Assembly (NCBI GenBank): GCA_021202635.1
Contig: JAJQCQ010000079.1
Span: 378-64,377, forward strand
Length of the DNA: 64,000 nucleotides
Source: Lachnospiraceae bacterium
GTDB lineage: Bacteria; Bacillota; Clostridia; Lachnospirales; Lachnospiraceae
Reading direction: 5' to 3'
A model generated the notes under the pieces. That model ran no database searches and was not told where the DNA came from. It saw nothing but the letters and a program-made list of their open reading frames with translations. A program made the translations under genes and the position numbers. Numbering within the stretch: position 1 is the stretch's first letter; every line of letters begins with the position of its first letter. Shown here in pieces: positions 23,782 to 33,780 of this stretch.

Positions 23782-24795
23782 ATGGACAACAAGACAAGAA
23801 ACTCAGATACGGAACAGGACATAAATGGCAATATCCTCATATACGGCGGGAGTGATTCTGATAAGGCAAAACTCATCGAGTCGAAGCTTTTAAAAACAGA
23901 TTCCTCCAGTCTCGTTGTTCCTGCTCCAAAAAGGCGCTTTATAAACCAGTACAGGCCGGTTTTCAGCGGACGCCAGTATCAGACAGCAGAGATTAATTTT
24001 GCCTCCCCGGGCAGCGGAAATAGTACGCACGGGTATGATCCTCTCCAGCACATCCGGTCCTATCCGGATATCCGGTTCCTGGCAGAACTGCTGATGGCAG
24101 AGGCGGTGCCAGTGCATACGAAGGCAGGAACCTCTTACTGTGGCATAAATGAAATGGCTGCAATATCACTGCATTGCGCGGAAATCAGCTATATCCTTGC
24201 CACTATCGATCATGCATCCTACGCAGACGTAATTGCCTTCCATGAACAGATGCTCATGGAAGATGACGGCAGACTGCTTTCATTCGAAAACAGGATCCAA
24301 AATCTGCCTGGGACGCCTGCCCAGGAGCATCTGGCATCTTTTGCAAAAAACTGCTGGTATACGTACAGCCTGCTGCCCAGAAAGCAGGCTTCCCGCGTCC
24401 TCAGCCTGTTAAACAGAGCCATAGAAACGTTTGACCCGGACTTCCGGGAAATGATTGCAGGCAGTAAAAAGCCGTTCGATTTCAAAAAGCTGGGCAGCAG
24501 AAAAACCATCCTCTTTGTCACAGTCCCTGTGAAACCTGCAGCATACACGAGGATGTTTTACGGCATGCTGTTTAAAGAAACATCTGGAAACAGTGAAAAA
24601 CAGCCAGGCCCGGTTCCCGTTGAAATCTTATATGATTTCAATACAGGCGGTCCGATCCTGTATCTGCCGGAGTTCATGCATGCACTGGATTCTATCATGC
24701 TGTTCACACAGTCGGAAAAACAGCTGGAAGAATTTTATGGATTTTCTGGTGCTGAACAGATCCTCAGCTGCTGCGATACACATATACATCTGTGA
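23782..24795 (+). CDS. Short, degenerate TraG/VirD4 (type IV coupling protein)-like protein
   Basis: HGYDPLQHIRSYPDIRFLAELLM and ...LFTQSEKQLEEFYGFSGAEQILSCCDTHIHL resemble conserved T4CP blocks (NPL...; QS..QL...YG......n). However, there are no N-terminal TM helices, no Walker A (IYGGSDSDKAKL) and no DEF Walker B. Start ATG 23782 follows GAGGAAA. Confidence 0.35.
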   Translation: MDNKTRNSDTEQDINGNILIYGGSDSDKAKLIESKLLKTDSSSLVVPAPKRRFINQYRPVFSGRQYQTAEINFASPGSGNSTHGYDPLQHIRSYPDIRFLAELLMAEAVPVHTKAGTSYCGINEMAAISLHCAEISYILATIDHASYADVIAFHEQMLMEDDGRLLSFENRIQNLPGTPAQEHLASFAKNCWYTYSLLPRKQASRVLSLLNRAIETFDPDFREMIAGSKKPFDFKKLGSRKTILFVTVPVKPAAYTRMFYGMLFKETSGNSEKQPGPVPVEILYDFNTGGPILYLPEFMHALDSIMLFTQSEKQLEEFYGFSGAEQILSCCDTHIHL

Positions 24796-24844
24796 CGCAC
24801 ACCAGCCACAATAAAAACAGATACGACAGAAAGGAATGCTATTC

Positions 24845-25186
24845 ATGAATAATCCATGCCAGGCCTGTAATGACCATCCCGTATGCAAAGAACGCCAGGA
24901 AGCTGTACGCCACCTCCTAATGGAAGCCGATATGATCGTTATAAATTTTCATGTAAACAAGATTCTCTCAGACGCATCCGACATGGAGAAAATAAATGGC
25001 CATATCCGGCACTTTCTTCAAGTGTGCGATGTTTCTCCCACTTTTCCAGACACCAAAGTGTGTCTGTTAAAAGAACTTCTTCAGATATCGGACCAGGTTC
25101 CACCCGCTGACATTCTTGAAATGGTATACCGGTATTCCGAATACCTCAGGCCTGATCCGATACCGCCTATATATATTTCTCTATAG
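24845..25186 (+). CDS. Small hypothetical protein (Cys-rich N-terminus)
   Basis: ORF MNNPCQACNDHPVCKERQ... with an AAAGGAA RBS 8 nt upstream. Followed by a hairpin terminator. Confidence 0.4.
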   Translation: MNNPCQACNDHPVCKERQEAVRHLLMEADMIVINFHVNKILSDASDMEKINGHIRHFLQVCDVSPTFPDTKVCLLKELLQISDQVPPADILEMVYRYSEYLRPDPIPPIYISL

Positions 25187-25313
25187 AATTAATTATCGAG
25201 GGCTTTCACAAAGGAGATACTCAACATTTTTACGAAGGTACAGATCTCAATGTCAGAGAAATATGCAAGGAACTGGATGCATTAATGTAGTCAGACATCT
25301 TCCTTTAAATAAA

Positions 25314-25358
25314 AATAGCAGCCTCGAATGAAGTCACTTCCCTGGCCGCTATTTTTTC
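25314..25358. terminator. Rho-independent terminator-like hairpin (bidirectional A/T tracts)
   Basis: aatagcagcc (25314-25323) pairs with ggccgctatt (25344-25353) with 1 mismatch. T6 tract follows and A5 precedes. Confidence 0.5.
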
Positions 25359-25586
25359 ATATAGTCCATTTTTCTTATCGAAACGATAACACAATACGGT
25401 CCATTACGCAAGAGAATCCCTGCCTTGATTCTGTACAGCATTCTACCAGGCTCACCACATCTGCAATTTTATTAGCCAAATAAACTATGTCTATCATTGC
25501 ACTTTAGTTACTCTGACTGTAGAAAAAACAATAAACGTTCCTGCTGTGTGTTTTGTGCCCCTGCAGCCAGGGATAATCTGATGCGC

Positions 25587-26777
25587 TCAGTCAAGTGTAA
25601 CAGTATTCTTTGCACTCCATGCGCTGTAACATGTCGTCCCGTTTAATATGGCGTATGCGCGGACACGTACATAATACGTTGTTCCAGGTGTAAGATTCTT
25701 TAAGGTCTTGCTGTTTCCCGTCACTGTGACAGTCCTGTTGCTCGAAAAATCCCTGACGGTGGAATACTGGACCTCATATCCAGACGCCCCGGAAACTGTT
25801 TTAAATGTCAGTTTAATGCTGGCTGACGATTTTATCTTTACCTTCTTGATCTTCGCATTGGAAAGACGTACGATGCTCTCTTCTTTTCCGGATCCTGTTA
25901 TGCTGCCCGATACCGGGACGACCTTATATGTATATGTGCTGCCAGCACTCACGGTTTTGTCCGTGCAGTTCGTCTTGCTTGTTGCTTTAATCCGTTTGTA
26001 AGAACCAGACCCGGTTTTACGGTACACATAATACTGTGCTGCGCCGGAAACAGACTGCCATTTTATTTTAATCCCGTCAGCAGTATTTGTCATGCTGGAG
26101 ATCTTACAGGTGCCAAGTGTCTTTGCTGTCGCGCTCTTGACGGACTCAGTTCCGGAAGAGGAACTGATACTGCTGATACCGTCAACCGTCACGGTTTTTG
26201 TTCCATCCAACGCTGCCGTCTTCGTGCTCTTGTTTGTTGTCTTTGCAACTTCCATTACCCAGTAATGATATCCATTGTAGTACACATGTGCAATCCCGAT
26301 TGCGTTTGCACTGGTGCTCAGCATCAGCCTGCGGTGGCCCTGCCCGGAATAATCTTTATCTGCTTCCAGCCAGCCCGCAAAAGCCCGTTCTGCGGAAGCC
26401 TGCCCTTTGGCGATGTTCTCGCCGCAGGTGCTGCAGACGAATCCATATTCCGTATATGCCGTGAAGCAGGAATTTCCGTTCGGTCTGGTGTGGGAGAAGG
26501 ATACAGCGATCTCAGCGGCTCGCTGCATTGCGACCTGTTCAAGATCATAATCATAAGTCAGTGCGCTTAAGCCTGACCGGGTAGTTTTTGTTGTGTTATC
26601 CGAATTCCAGTACCAGGCATCACTGCCCTGCCGGAACTCGTTTACCATAGCGAGGATGGACCTTGCTTCCGTCTGCCCGTAAGTGACGGTAATATCTGCC
26701 TGTGCTGCAGATGCGCTGGCCGCCCTGAATGTGAGGAAGATGACTGTGATTAATATTGTTGTGATCGTTTTTTTCAT
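25587..26777 (-). CDS. Secreted CAP/SCP (PR-1-like) domain protein with FN3-like repeats
   Basis: Signal peptide MKKTITTILITVIFLTFRAASASA. CAP-like LAMVNEFRQ...QVAMQRAAEIAVSFSHTRPNG...GENIAKGQASAERAFAGW...GHRRLMLS. Two FN3-like modules (IKWQSVSGAAQYYVYRKTGSGSYKRIK; LTFKTVSGASGYEVQYS...LKNLTPGTTYYVRVRAY). Confidence 0.75.
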   Translation of the reverse strand: MKKTITTILITVIFLTFRAASASAAQADITVTYGQTEARSILAMVNEFRQGSDAWYWNSDNTTKTTRSGLSALTYDYDLEQVAMQRAAEIAVSFSHTRPNGNSCFTAYTEYGFVCSTCGENIAKGQASAERAFAGWLEADKDYSGQGHRRLMLSTSANAIGIAHVYYNGYHYWVMEVAKTTNKSTKTAALDGTKTVTVDGISSISSSSGTESVKSATAKTLGTCKISSMTNTADGIKIKWQSVSGAAQYYVYRKTGSGSYKRIKATSKTNCTDKTVSAGSTYTYKVVPVSGSITGSGKEESIVRLSNAKIKKVKIKSSASIKLTFKTVSGASGYEVQYSTVRDFSSNRTVTVTGNSKTLKNLTPGTTYYVRVRAYAILNGTTCYSAWSAKNTVTLD

Positions 26778-27357
26778 GGTGGATACCCCTTTCTCTGTCG
26801 TTTGCAGTTTCTTTCTGCTCCATTTGTTAATTAAGACTCGGACAGTTCGGAAAAAGTTTTAAGGTTTTTAAAAAAATCAAAATTATTTTTCCGGCCTGGT
26901 TTTCTATGTTACAGCTGCAGGAAACTGAATGCCTGGGTTCCTGCAGTCCGAATGCTGATGGATGCAGGGATAATAGTTCACATTAACTTCCACAGCTTCT
27001 TTCGTCTGTCAAAAACAATATGGTTGATTTTTTGGGGAAGTCAAAAAGATTATACGAAGACTTTTTTGCCAAAAGCAGACATGAAACAGCATACCATCGT
27101 CGTTGGTGTGCCATGTTTTTTACCGGATGACGATCTTTTGCTGCGTTATCCGTGTTCCTTTACCATGTATCAGCGTACCTACGATTGAACACTTTACTTT
27201 CGGCTTTCATCAATTGCGCACCATGACAATCAGCAAAATCATCAAAAAAAATAACAGGTGATGAATAAATTTATTGACTATTTTCACACCTTCCATTAAG
27301 ATTATTGTGTAACCTGCAATTCAATAAGGAAAAATCACAATGAACGGAGGAAGAGCT

Positions 27358-30300
27358 ATGAAAAAGAAACTGTTGTTATTTATAGCATCTGCAATGCTAA
27401 TCACAGCACCTGCTTCTTTATCATCTGCAAGTGATACGGTCATTATAGCCGAAGATATCATAACTGCAGAAGAAGAAACCGATACGTCTGCTGCTGATGA
27501 AACACAAACTATAGCTGGCGAAACAGATATAGATGAAGAAACAGAATATGTACAGACTGACGGTGAAGCTTTTATTATGGACATAGAAGAAGCAGATGAT
27601 CCGGCAGATGAACCTTCTGCCGCCAGCGTTGTTGCAAGCGGCTATTGCGGAGAAGGAACACATTTGGAATGGATCACATGGTCGTTGGACACCGACGGTA
27701 CCTTAACAATAGCAAGAGCATCTGTATTTTCAGGGAACTCTGTAGGATCTGGCTATTACCTGATGGAAAGTTATACTACGAACACGGCCGATGACTACAG
27801 CCCCTGGTATGAATATAAAAGTTCTATCAAAACAGTGGTTATAGAATACGGGGTCGAGAATATCGGATCCTATGCATTTGTAGGATGCAGTAATCTGACA
27901 AGTGTATCCATTGCAAACAGTGTGCTTACTATTGGCAACGGGGCCTTTTATGGATGCAGCCAGTTGCCCAGCATTTCCATCCCAGAAAGTGTGCAGGCAA
28001 TAAATGCCTATGCATTCTATCGGTGCGAATCTTTTACAGATATTACAATTCCAGATGGCGTGACTGAAATTGGCAATGGTGCGTTTGAAAGATGCTCGTC
28101 TTTGACATGCGTTACAATACCAAATAGTGTTATCAGTATAGGAATGGGTGTTTTTGGCGGCGATTATAAGCTTACTGATATTTATTATAAAGGTTCAGAG
28201 TCAGACTGGAACTCCCTCATAAAAAGATATAGATCAGAGTATACCGACTTTACAATCCACTTTTTATCGTCATCAATTACAATAGAAGAAATCACAGATA
28301 CGCTTTACGTGGGCGATGAATTTGCAATTGGGGCCACTCTTACATGTGAGGAATCTTTCGAGTCCGCAGTACCTCTGACCTGGGAAGTGAACAATGATTC
28401 TGGGCTGGAACTTGGCTCTTCTTCCATTAATTACCTGACAGATGGCAAAACAGCCATCGTGAGCTTAAAAGCTGCCGTTTTAAAACCTGGAACATATACG
28501 ATAACGGTTACAACCAGCGACGGGGCAAGTGACTCAATTACAATAGAAACCCTGATTGACTTTGATATCCCTGGTGATGAATGGAATTTCCGGAACTATG
28601 ATGTGGATTCAGTGCCTTTGTCAGCCACAGACAAACTTGCTTTATTCCAGGAATTAGGATATTCCGAAACCGCATATTGGAATAGTATTATTAATCAGTA
28701 TCATGGGGGCCAATGCTTTGGGATGGCCGTTATTTCCAGCCTGGTAGCACAAGATGAACTATCACTTAGTCTCCTTTCATCAACTGCCACCCGGTTATAT
28801 GATGTGCCATTCAGCGATACAAGCAAATCTGTTATCGGTTATTACTATCTGGAACAGTTTACAGATACTTTCAGGTCAGCAATGTATTCTTTCCTTGATC
28901 TGTCAATACAGGAACAATTTCAATCAATTATGGGAATGACAGAACCCTTTGTAATTCTCATTACGGATCAGACTGTTGAGGATTCATTTTCTTATCATAC
29001 AATATTGGGATACGGGGTTGAAGAAGGAACATGGACATATCATGGAACAACATATAGCTCCAGAATTCTTATTTATGATTCAAATAATTACACCCCAGGG
29101 ACTATAGACGAAAGCAGATTTTTGTATTTTAACAGTTCGGCAGGGACATGGGAGATTCCGCATTATGTGGACACTGAAAATATCTATACATCAAAGAATT
29201 CTGGTGCATATATTGTACTTGCCTCTTCTGACACAGAATTGCTAAATACGTTTGATCTGGCCAAGAACAAGGATACTGCATATATGCTGATCCAGCAGGT
29301 GGAAGATGGGACGATCGTGATAGACGAAAAGAAAATCACCAGGACAGGTATCATAGATTCTTCCCTGATAACCATGGCAAGCGACAGCAGCAGTTCTTCC
29401 GGAAATATGATCATAGCCGATATTAACAACGCAACAGAATATGGATATGTTTCCTCAAGTGGCAGCCAGGCGCTGGAAGCCAGTGTACTCTACAATGGAG
29501 TATATTTATCTGCAACCGCTGATTCGTTTGATTCCATCACTTTTGATGTAAGTAATAATATGACCCTTCAGGGTGCAGATGGGGAATTTACGCTGGGGAT
29601 AACAGCTGACGAAAGCCCCATCGATTTCCATGAAATTTATATTGAAGGTGAAAACGCTGAAACAATCAGTATACAGTTAACAGATGACGGCATCCAGCTG
29701 GCAGGCAGCGACTTATCAAGCCTTACTATTAAAGCTGCTGACGATGAAGCCACAGAAACAATATCTGTTTCCACAGATGAAGACAGTATACTGATTTCTG
29801 AAAATACGAACCATTCTTTAACAGCTTACGTTGACGCAGATGGAAATGGAACCTACGAAACGGCTCTTCTGGATGATAAGGATTCAGGAACCCTCATGCA
29901 GGATACAAATGGGAACTGGTGCTACTACTCAAATGGGGAGTTTGATACAAGTTTCAATGGAATTGCAGAGTTCAACGGAGGCAGTTTCTTTGTAGCAAAC
30001 GGTGTTCTCTGCAGCGATGCGAACGGCCTGAACCTCTACGATGGAAAATGGTATTTTCTGGCTTACGGGCAGGTACAGACGCAGTATACCGGGCTGGCAC
30101 TTTATGATAACGAATGGTTCTACATTAAAGACGGTGTTCTTGACACCACGATAAACGGGCTTATCCCATACGATAGAGAACAGTTTCTTGTTGCTGAAGG
30201 GCACCTGCTTCTTTCCTATAACGGCCTCTGGCTGAATGCAGCAGAAATTGGCGGAGACAACAACTGGTACTTCATCGCGGCCGGTATGGTACAGAACGTC

Positions 30301-30438
30301 TCCCAGATTGTAATGTATGATGGGGCATTCTTCGTAGTGGAGGATGGAATCTTAGATACCAGTTATAATGGGACAATTGAGTACAATGGCGCTGTCTTTC
30401 GTGTCACGAATGGGCAGCTATATGAACAGACTGCTTAA
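27358..30438 (+). CDS. Large surface protein: signal peptide, BspA-type leucine-rich repeats, central unknown region, C-terminal cell-wall/choline-binding repeats
   Basis: MKKKLLLFIASAMLITAPASLSSA. LRR_5-type repeats (IGSYAFVGCSNLTSVSIANSVLTIGNGAFYGCSQLPSISIPESV...). C-terminal GW/YF repeats (GNWCYYSNGEFDTSFNG; DGKWYFLAYGQVQTQYTG; DNEWFYIKDGVLDTTINGL). GGAGGAAGAG RBS before ATG 27358. Confidence 0.8.
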   Translation: MKKKLLLFIASAMLITAPASLSSASDTVIIAEDIITAEEETDTSAADETQTIAGETDIDEETEYVQTDGEAFIMDIEEADDPADEPSAASVVASGYCGEGTHLEWITWSLDTDGTLTIARASVFSGNSVGSGYYLMESYTTNTADDYSPWYEYKSSIKTVVIEYGVENIGSYAFVGCSNLTSVSIANSVLTIGNGAFYGCSQLPSISIPESVQAINAYAFYRCESFTDITIPDGVTEIGNGAFERCSSLTCVTIPNSVISIGMGVFGGDYKLTDIYYKGSESDWNSLIKRYRSEYTDFTIHFLSSSITIEEITDTLYVGDEFAIGATLTCEESFESAVPLTWEVNNDSGLELGSSSINYLTDGKTAIVSLKAAVLKPGTYTITVTTSDGASDSITIETLIDFDIPGDEWNFRNYDVDSVPLSATDKLALFQELGYSETAYWNSIINQYHGGQCFGMAVISSLVAQDELSLSLLSSTATRLYDVPFSDTSKSVIGYYYLEQFTDTFRSAMYSFLDLSIQEQFQSIMGMTEPFVILITDQTVEDSFSYHTILGYGVEEGTWTYHGTTYSSRILIYDSNNYTPGTIDESRFLYFNSSAGTWEIPHYVDTENIYTSKNSGAYIVLASSDTELLNTFDLAKNKDTAYMLIQQVEDGTIVIDEKKITRTGIIDSSLITMASDSSSSSGNMIIADINNATEYGYVSSSGSQALEASVLYNGVYLSATADSFDSITFDVSNNMTLQGADGEFTLGITADESPIDFHEIYIEGENAETISIQLTDDGIQLAGSDLSSLTIKAADDEATETISVSTDEDSILISENTNHSLTAYVDADGNGTYETALLDDKDSGTLMQDTNGNWCYYSNGEFDTSFNGIAEFNGGSFFVANGVLCSDANGLNLYDGKWYFLAYGQVQTQYTGLALYDNEWFYIKDGVLDTTINGLIPYDREQFLVAEGHLLLSYNGLWLNAAEIGGDNNWYFIAAGMVQNVSQIVMYDGAFFVVEDGILDTSYNGTIEYNGAVFRVTNGQLYEQTA

Positions 30439-30447
30439 TTGCGCAGA

Positions 30448-30478
30448 AACGAGCCGGCCCAGATAAGGCCGGCTCGTT
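30448..30478. terminator. 12-bp perfect hairpin between convergent genes
   Basis: aacgagccggcc / ggccggctcgtt with a 7-nt loop, 10 nt after stop 30438. No long U-tract. Confidence 0.5.
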
Positions 30479-30543
30479 GATCAGAAGGAAGGTGAACAAA
30501 CGGTCGATACAAATCGAACCATACCTTGCTTCCAGCCACCAAG

Positions 30544-31017
30544 CTACTGCTCTCGGTTGCCCTGTTTTTTCACTGCCATGCTTAACATTCGCTCAAAAGA
30601 TTCTGTAAACCTTGCATCGTCCTCCTGCGTGCGCTTTGCCGGGCCCTTTAAATGATTCTTGCCTTTGCTCCTTCGAGCCTTCTTATTCAGGTGACGTTCC
30701 ATCAGCATCTGGTCGATGTTCACATCCGTATACCACCGCCCGCTTTGATGAATTGCATAGCCACCCTTTCCCAGTGCCATTGCAGCCAATCCATAATCCT
30801 GCGTTACTGCAATATCTCCGTTGCCGTATTGATTAACAAGGACAAAATCCACTGCGTCAGCCCCGGCACCAATGATCTGAATCTCACTGTAATCAGATTC
30901 TAACACATGATTGGTATCACACAAAAGTGTAACTGGAATACTATGTTTTTCAGCTATTCCCTCCACAATCCGAACCACCGGACAAGCATCCGCATCAACC
31001 AATATTTTCATAAACAT
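30544..31017 (-). CDS. YaiI/YqxD family protein (UPF0178/DUF188)
   Basis: MKILVDADACPVVRIV...DAVDFVLVN...GDIAVTQDYGLAAMAL parallels E. coli YaiI (WVDADACP...DLVITADIPLAA). The start is among ATG 31017/31011. Confidence 0.75.
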   Translation of the reverse strand: MFMKILVDADACPVVRIVEGIAEKHSIPVTLLCDTNHVLESDYSEIQIIGAGADAVDFVLVNQYGNGDIAVTQDYGLAAMALGKGGYAIHQSGRWYTDVNIDQMLMERHLNKKARRSKGKNHLKGPAKRTQEDDARFTESFERMLSMAVKKQGNREQ

Positions 31018-31030
31018 TCCATCCGATCTA

Positions 31031-33751
31031 TCATGCCTGGTTTTGGTTCCCTTCATTCTCTTTCATCTGTCTCTCAATCCACGCCATCAGAACATCCACA
31101 ACATACTTCTGCTGCTCTTCTGACAACTCTTTTCCTTTTGGTATCCTGTGCCATTTTTCCAGGCATCCGCGGCAGCAGCATCCGGTCGCGTGCTGCGCAA
31201 TAAAAACAGGATGTCCTCTCATCGGAGTCTGCTTTCCATCATTTTTTGGTTCTGCGGGAGCCAGTCTCTGACGGATAAAATCGCAGGCATGTGAGCGAAT
31301 CGTATCCATTCCCTTATTCCTGACATATGCGACATCGACCGGTTTCAAAGAAAAGCTGCTGCGGAATTTGGAACGCGACAGCCGGTCAAATAAGTCAACA
31401 AACGGCTCTGCAAATCTATCTGAACCAGTATCTGAGACGATATCTGAAACCCCACCCGAATATCTATCTGAAAATATGGCCTTAGAATTATCGGATTGTC
31501 TCCCATAAGGTGCTATCTGCTCGGCCGCCATTGACAGGTCTTCTGTATCCTGATTATCCTGATCGTAACCGTAAGACCCAGCGGCATCTTTTTGCGTCAT
31601 TCCTGCTGTGACAGCTTCTTTCCATCCGTTCGCAATCCGTTCCGCGAGTTTTGTGTTTCTGGATGTTGTCGTTTCGTTGTGCGCAGCATAGGCAACCGCT
31701 TTTTTCTCCCCAATCAGCACAAGTATCTTTTTTGCACGTGTCACGCCAGTATACAGCAGGTTCCGCTGCAGCATCACATAGTGGCTCATGGTAAATGGCA
31801 TAACCACAATCGGGTATTCCGACCCCTGCGCTTTATGAATGGTCGTCGCATAGGCAAGAGTCAGCTCATCCAGCTCCGTCACGTCATAGGTAATGCGCCG
31901 CCCATCAAAATCCACAGCCAGATCATTTTCTTCCATATCCACGTTCACAATAATCCCGATATCCCCATTAAACACTTCCTTGTCGTAATTATTGCGTTGC
32001 TGCATCACCTTATCATGAATCCGGTACTGTGTGCCTCCGCGTTTCAAGAAAATTGTTCCTGGATTCAAAGCTTCCTGCAAAACCTGATTCAGATTCGCCG
32101 CTCCGCAAATACCACGCTGCATTGGTGTCAGAACCTGAATGTCCGAAAAAGCATCTGCATGATAATAAGATGGTAAATTTTTCGTACAATATTTCACAAG
32201 CAGATCGACCACTTCTTCGTTAGTCTCTCTCGATGCAAAAAAGAAATCCGCATCCCGTCCGCCGCGCAGATCCGGCATCTCGCCTTTATTAATCCGATGC
32301 GCGTTCATAATAATCCGGCTTCCCTGTGCCTGCCGGAAAATACGGGTGAGCCGGACAACCGGTATGCTTCCGGACGCTATGATATCCTTCAGAACGTTCC
32401 CGGCACCTACACTTGGAAGCTGATCCGTATCACCGACCAGTATCAGCGTCATTTCTTCCGGAAGTGCTTTCAGAAGATTGTACATGAGCATAACATCGAT
32501 CATCGAGCACTCATCCAGAATCAGGACGTCGCCCTCTAACGGATTCTCTTCATTTTTCTGATATCCTTCCGGTGGTTTGTATTCCAGCAGGCGGTGAATG
32601 GTCTTCGCTTCCATTCCAGTCGCTTCTGACATCCGCTTCGCTGCGCGTCCGGTCGGAGCTGCAAGGATGACTCTACAGCCTGCTTTCCGGTAAGCAGAGA
32701 TAATCCCCAGTGTCGTCGTTGTCTTGCCTGTGCCCGGCCCGCCGGTTAATACCATCACTTTTGATGTAATTGCCTCACGAATCGCCTGCAGCTGAATCTC
32801 ATCATAGCGAATCCCGGAATACAATTCAATCTCCCGCATAACCTTTTCTACATCCAACACTACACGGCGTTCGCCACTCATCAATCGAATCAGACGCTTC
32901 GCGCAGCCAGTCTCTGAAAAATAGAATGGCGGCAGATAAATCGCATCTTCATCTTTAATCACATCAGAAGTACGCAGCATTTCATCCAGCGTCATCTCCA
33001 GCTCCGGGGCTTCCACATCAAGTAAACCGACTGCAGCTTCAATCAGCTGCTCTCGGACCGCATAGCAATCCCCGCTTTCTGACAATTTATTGAGCGTATA
33101 CATAATACCGCTGCGCAACCGGATAAAACGGTCTTTTTCTATTCCCAGTTTCGTTGCAATTGTATCCGCTGTTTTAAAACCGATTCCCCATATATCATCC
33201 GCCAGCTTATACGGATTCTCTTCGACAATTTTAATGCTTTCATTCCCATAGGTGCGGTAAATTTTCGCAGCGTGAGCGGTGCTGACATCATTGCTTTGAA
33301 GGAATAGCATGATATTTTTAATCTCCTTCTGCTCCTGCCAGCTTTTCCTGACCTGGTTCACACGCTTCTGCCCAATACCAGCCACCTCAAGGAGACGATC
33401 TGGTTCCGTCTCGATAATATCCAGCGTATTCTTGCCGAACTGCTGAACAATCCGCTTTGCAAATTTGGGGCCAACTCCCTTAATCAAGCCGCTCCCCAGG
33501 TATTTTTCAATCCCATAAGTCGTCGCTGGAAGCGTCTCTTCCCACTTTTCGGCAGAAAACTGCCTTCCGTATTTACCGTCGATCTTCCACTGCCCCTGCA
33601 TAGACAAAACCGAGCCAACATGGACATCCAGCATATTTCCGACCACCGTCACCAGGTCACTGTAGCCTTTTGCGCGGCATTTGATCACAGAAAAGCCGTT
33701 TTCCGTATTCTGATATGTAATTCTTTCAACCACACAACGAAGATTATCCAT
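31031..33751 (-). CDS. recD2: RecD2-type SF1 DNA helicase fused to a C-terminal DUF4186-like Cys-rich domain
   Basis: N-terminus VERITYQNTENGFSVIKCRA...GQWKIDGKYGRQF, HhH region LIKGVGPKFAKRIV, Walker A GGPGTGKTT, ILDECSMID and LAYATTIHKAQGSEYP. An extra ~170 aa tail contains FIRQRLAPAEPKNDGKQTPMRGHPVFIAQHATGCCCRGCLEKWH, which is typical of DUF4186. Confidence 0.8.
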   Translation of the reverse strand: MDNLRCVVERITYQNTENGFSVIKCRAKGYSDLVTVVGNMLDVHVGSVLSMQGQWKIDGKYGRQFSAEKWEETLPATTYGIEKYLGSGLIKGVGPKFAKRIVQQFGKNTLDIIETEPDRLLEVAGIGQKRVNQVRKSWQEQKEIKNIMLFLQSNDVSTAHAAKIYRTYGNESIKIVEENPYKLADDIWGIGFKTADTIATKLGIEKDRFIRLRSGIMYTLNKLSESGDCYAVREQLIEAAVGLLDVEAPELEMTLDEMLRTSDVIKDEDAIYLPPFYFSETGCAKRLIRLMSGERRVVLDVEKVMREIELYSGIRYDEIQLQAIREAITSKVMVLTGGPGTGKTTTTLGIISAYRKAGCRVILAAPTGRAAKRMSEATGMEAKTIHRLLEYKPPEGYQKNEENPLEGDVLILDECSMIDVMLMYNLLKALPEEMTLILVGDTDQLPSVGAGNVLKDIIASGSIPVVRLTRIFRQAQGSRIIMNAHRINKGEMPDLRGGRDADFFFASRETNEEVVDLLVKYCTKNLPSYYHADAFSDIQVLTPMQRGICGAANLNQVLQEALNPGTIFLKRGGTQYRIHDKVMQQRNNYDKEVFNGDIGIIVNVDMEENDLAVDFDGRRITYDVTELDELTLAYATTIHKAQGSEYPIVVMPFTMSHYVMLQRNLLYTGVTRAKKILVLIGEKKAVAYAAHNETTTSRNTKLAERIANGWKEAVTAGMTQKDAAGSYGYDQDNQDTEDLSMAAEQIAPYGRQSDNSKAIFSDRYSGGVSDIVSDTGSDRFAEPFVDLFDRLSRSKFRSSFSLKPVDVAYVRNKGMDTIRSHACDFIRQRLAPAEPKNDGKQTPMRGHPVFIAQHATGCCCRGCLEKWHRIPKGKELSEEQQKYVVDVLMAWIERQMKENEGNQNQA

Positions 33752-33780
33752 TCATTGCCACCTTGTCTCAATGATCTTAT

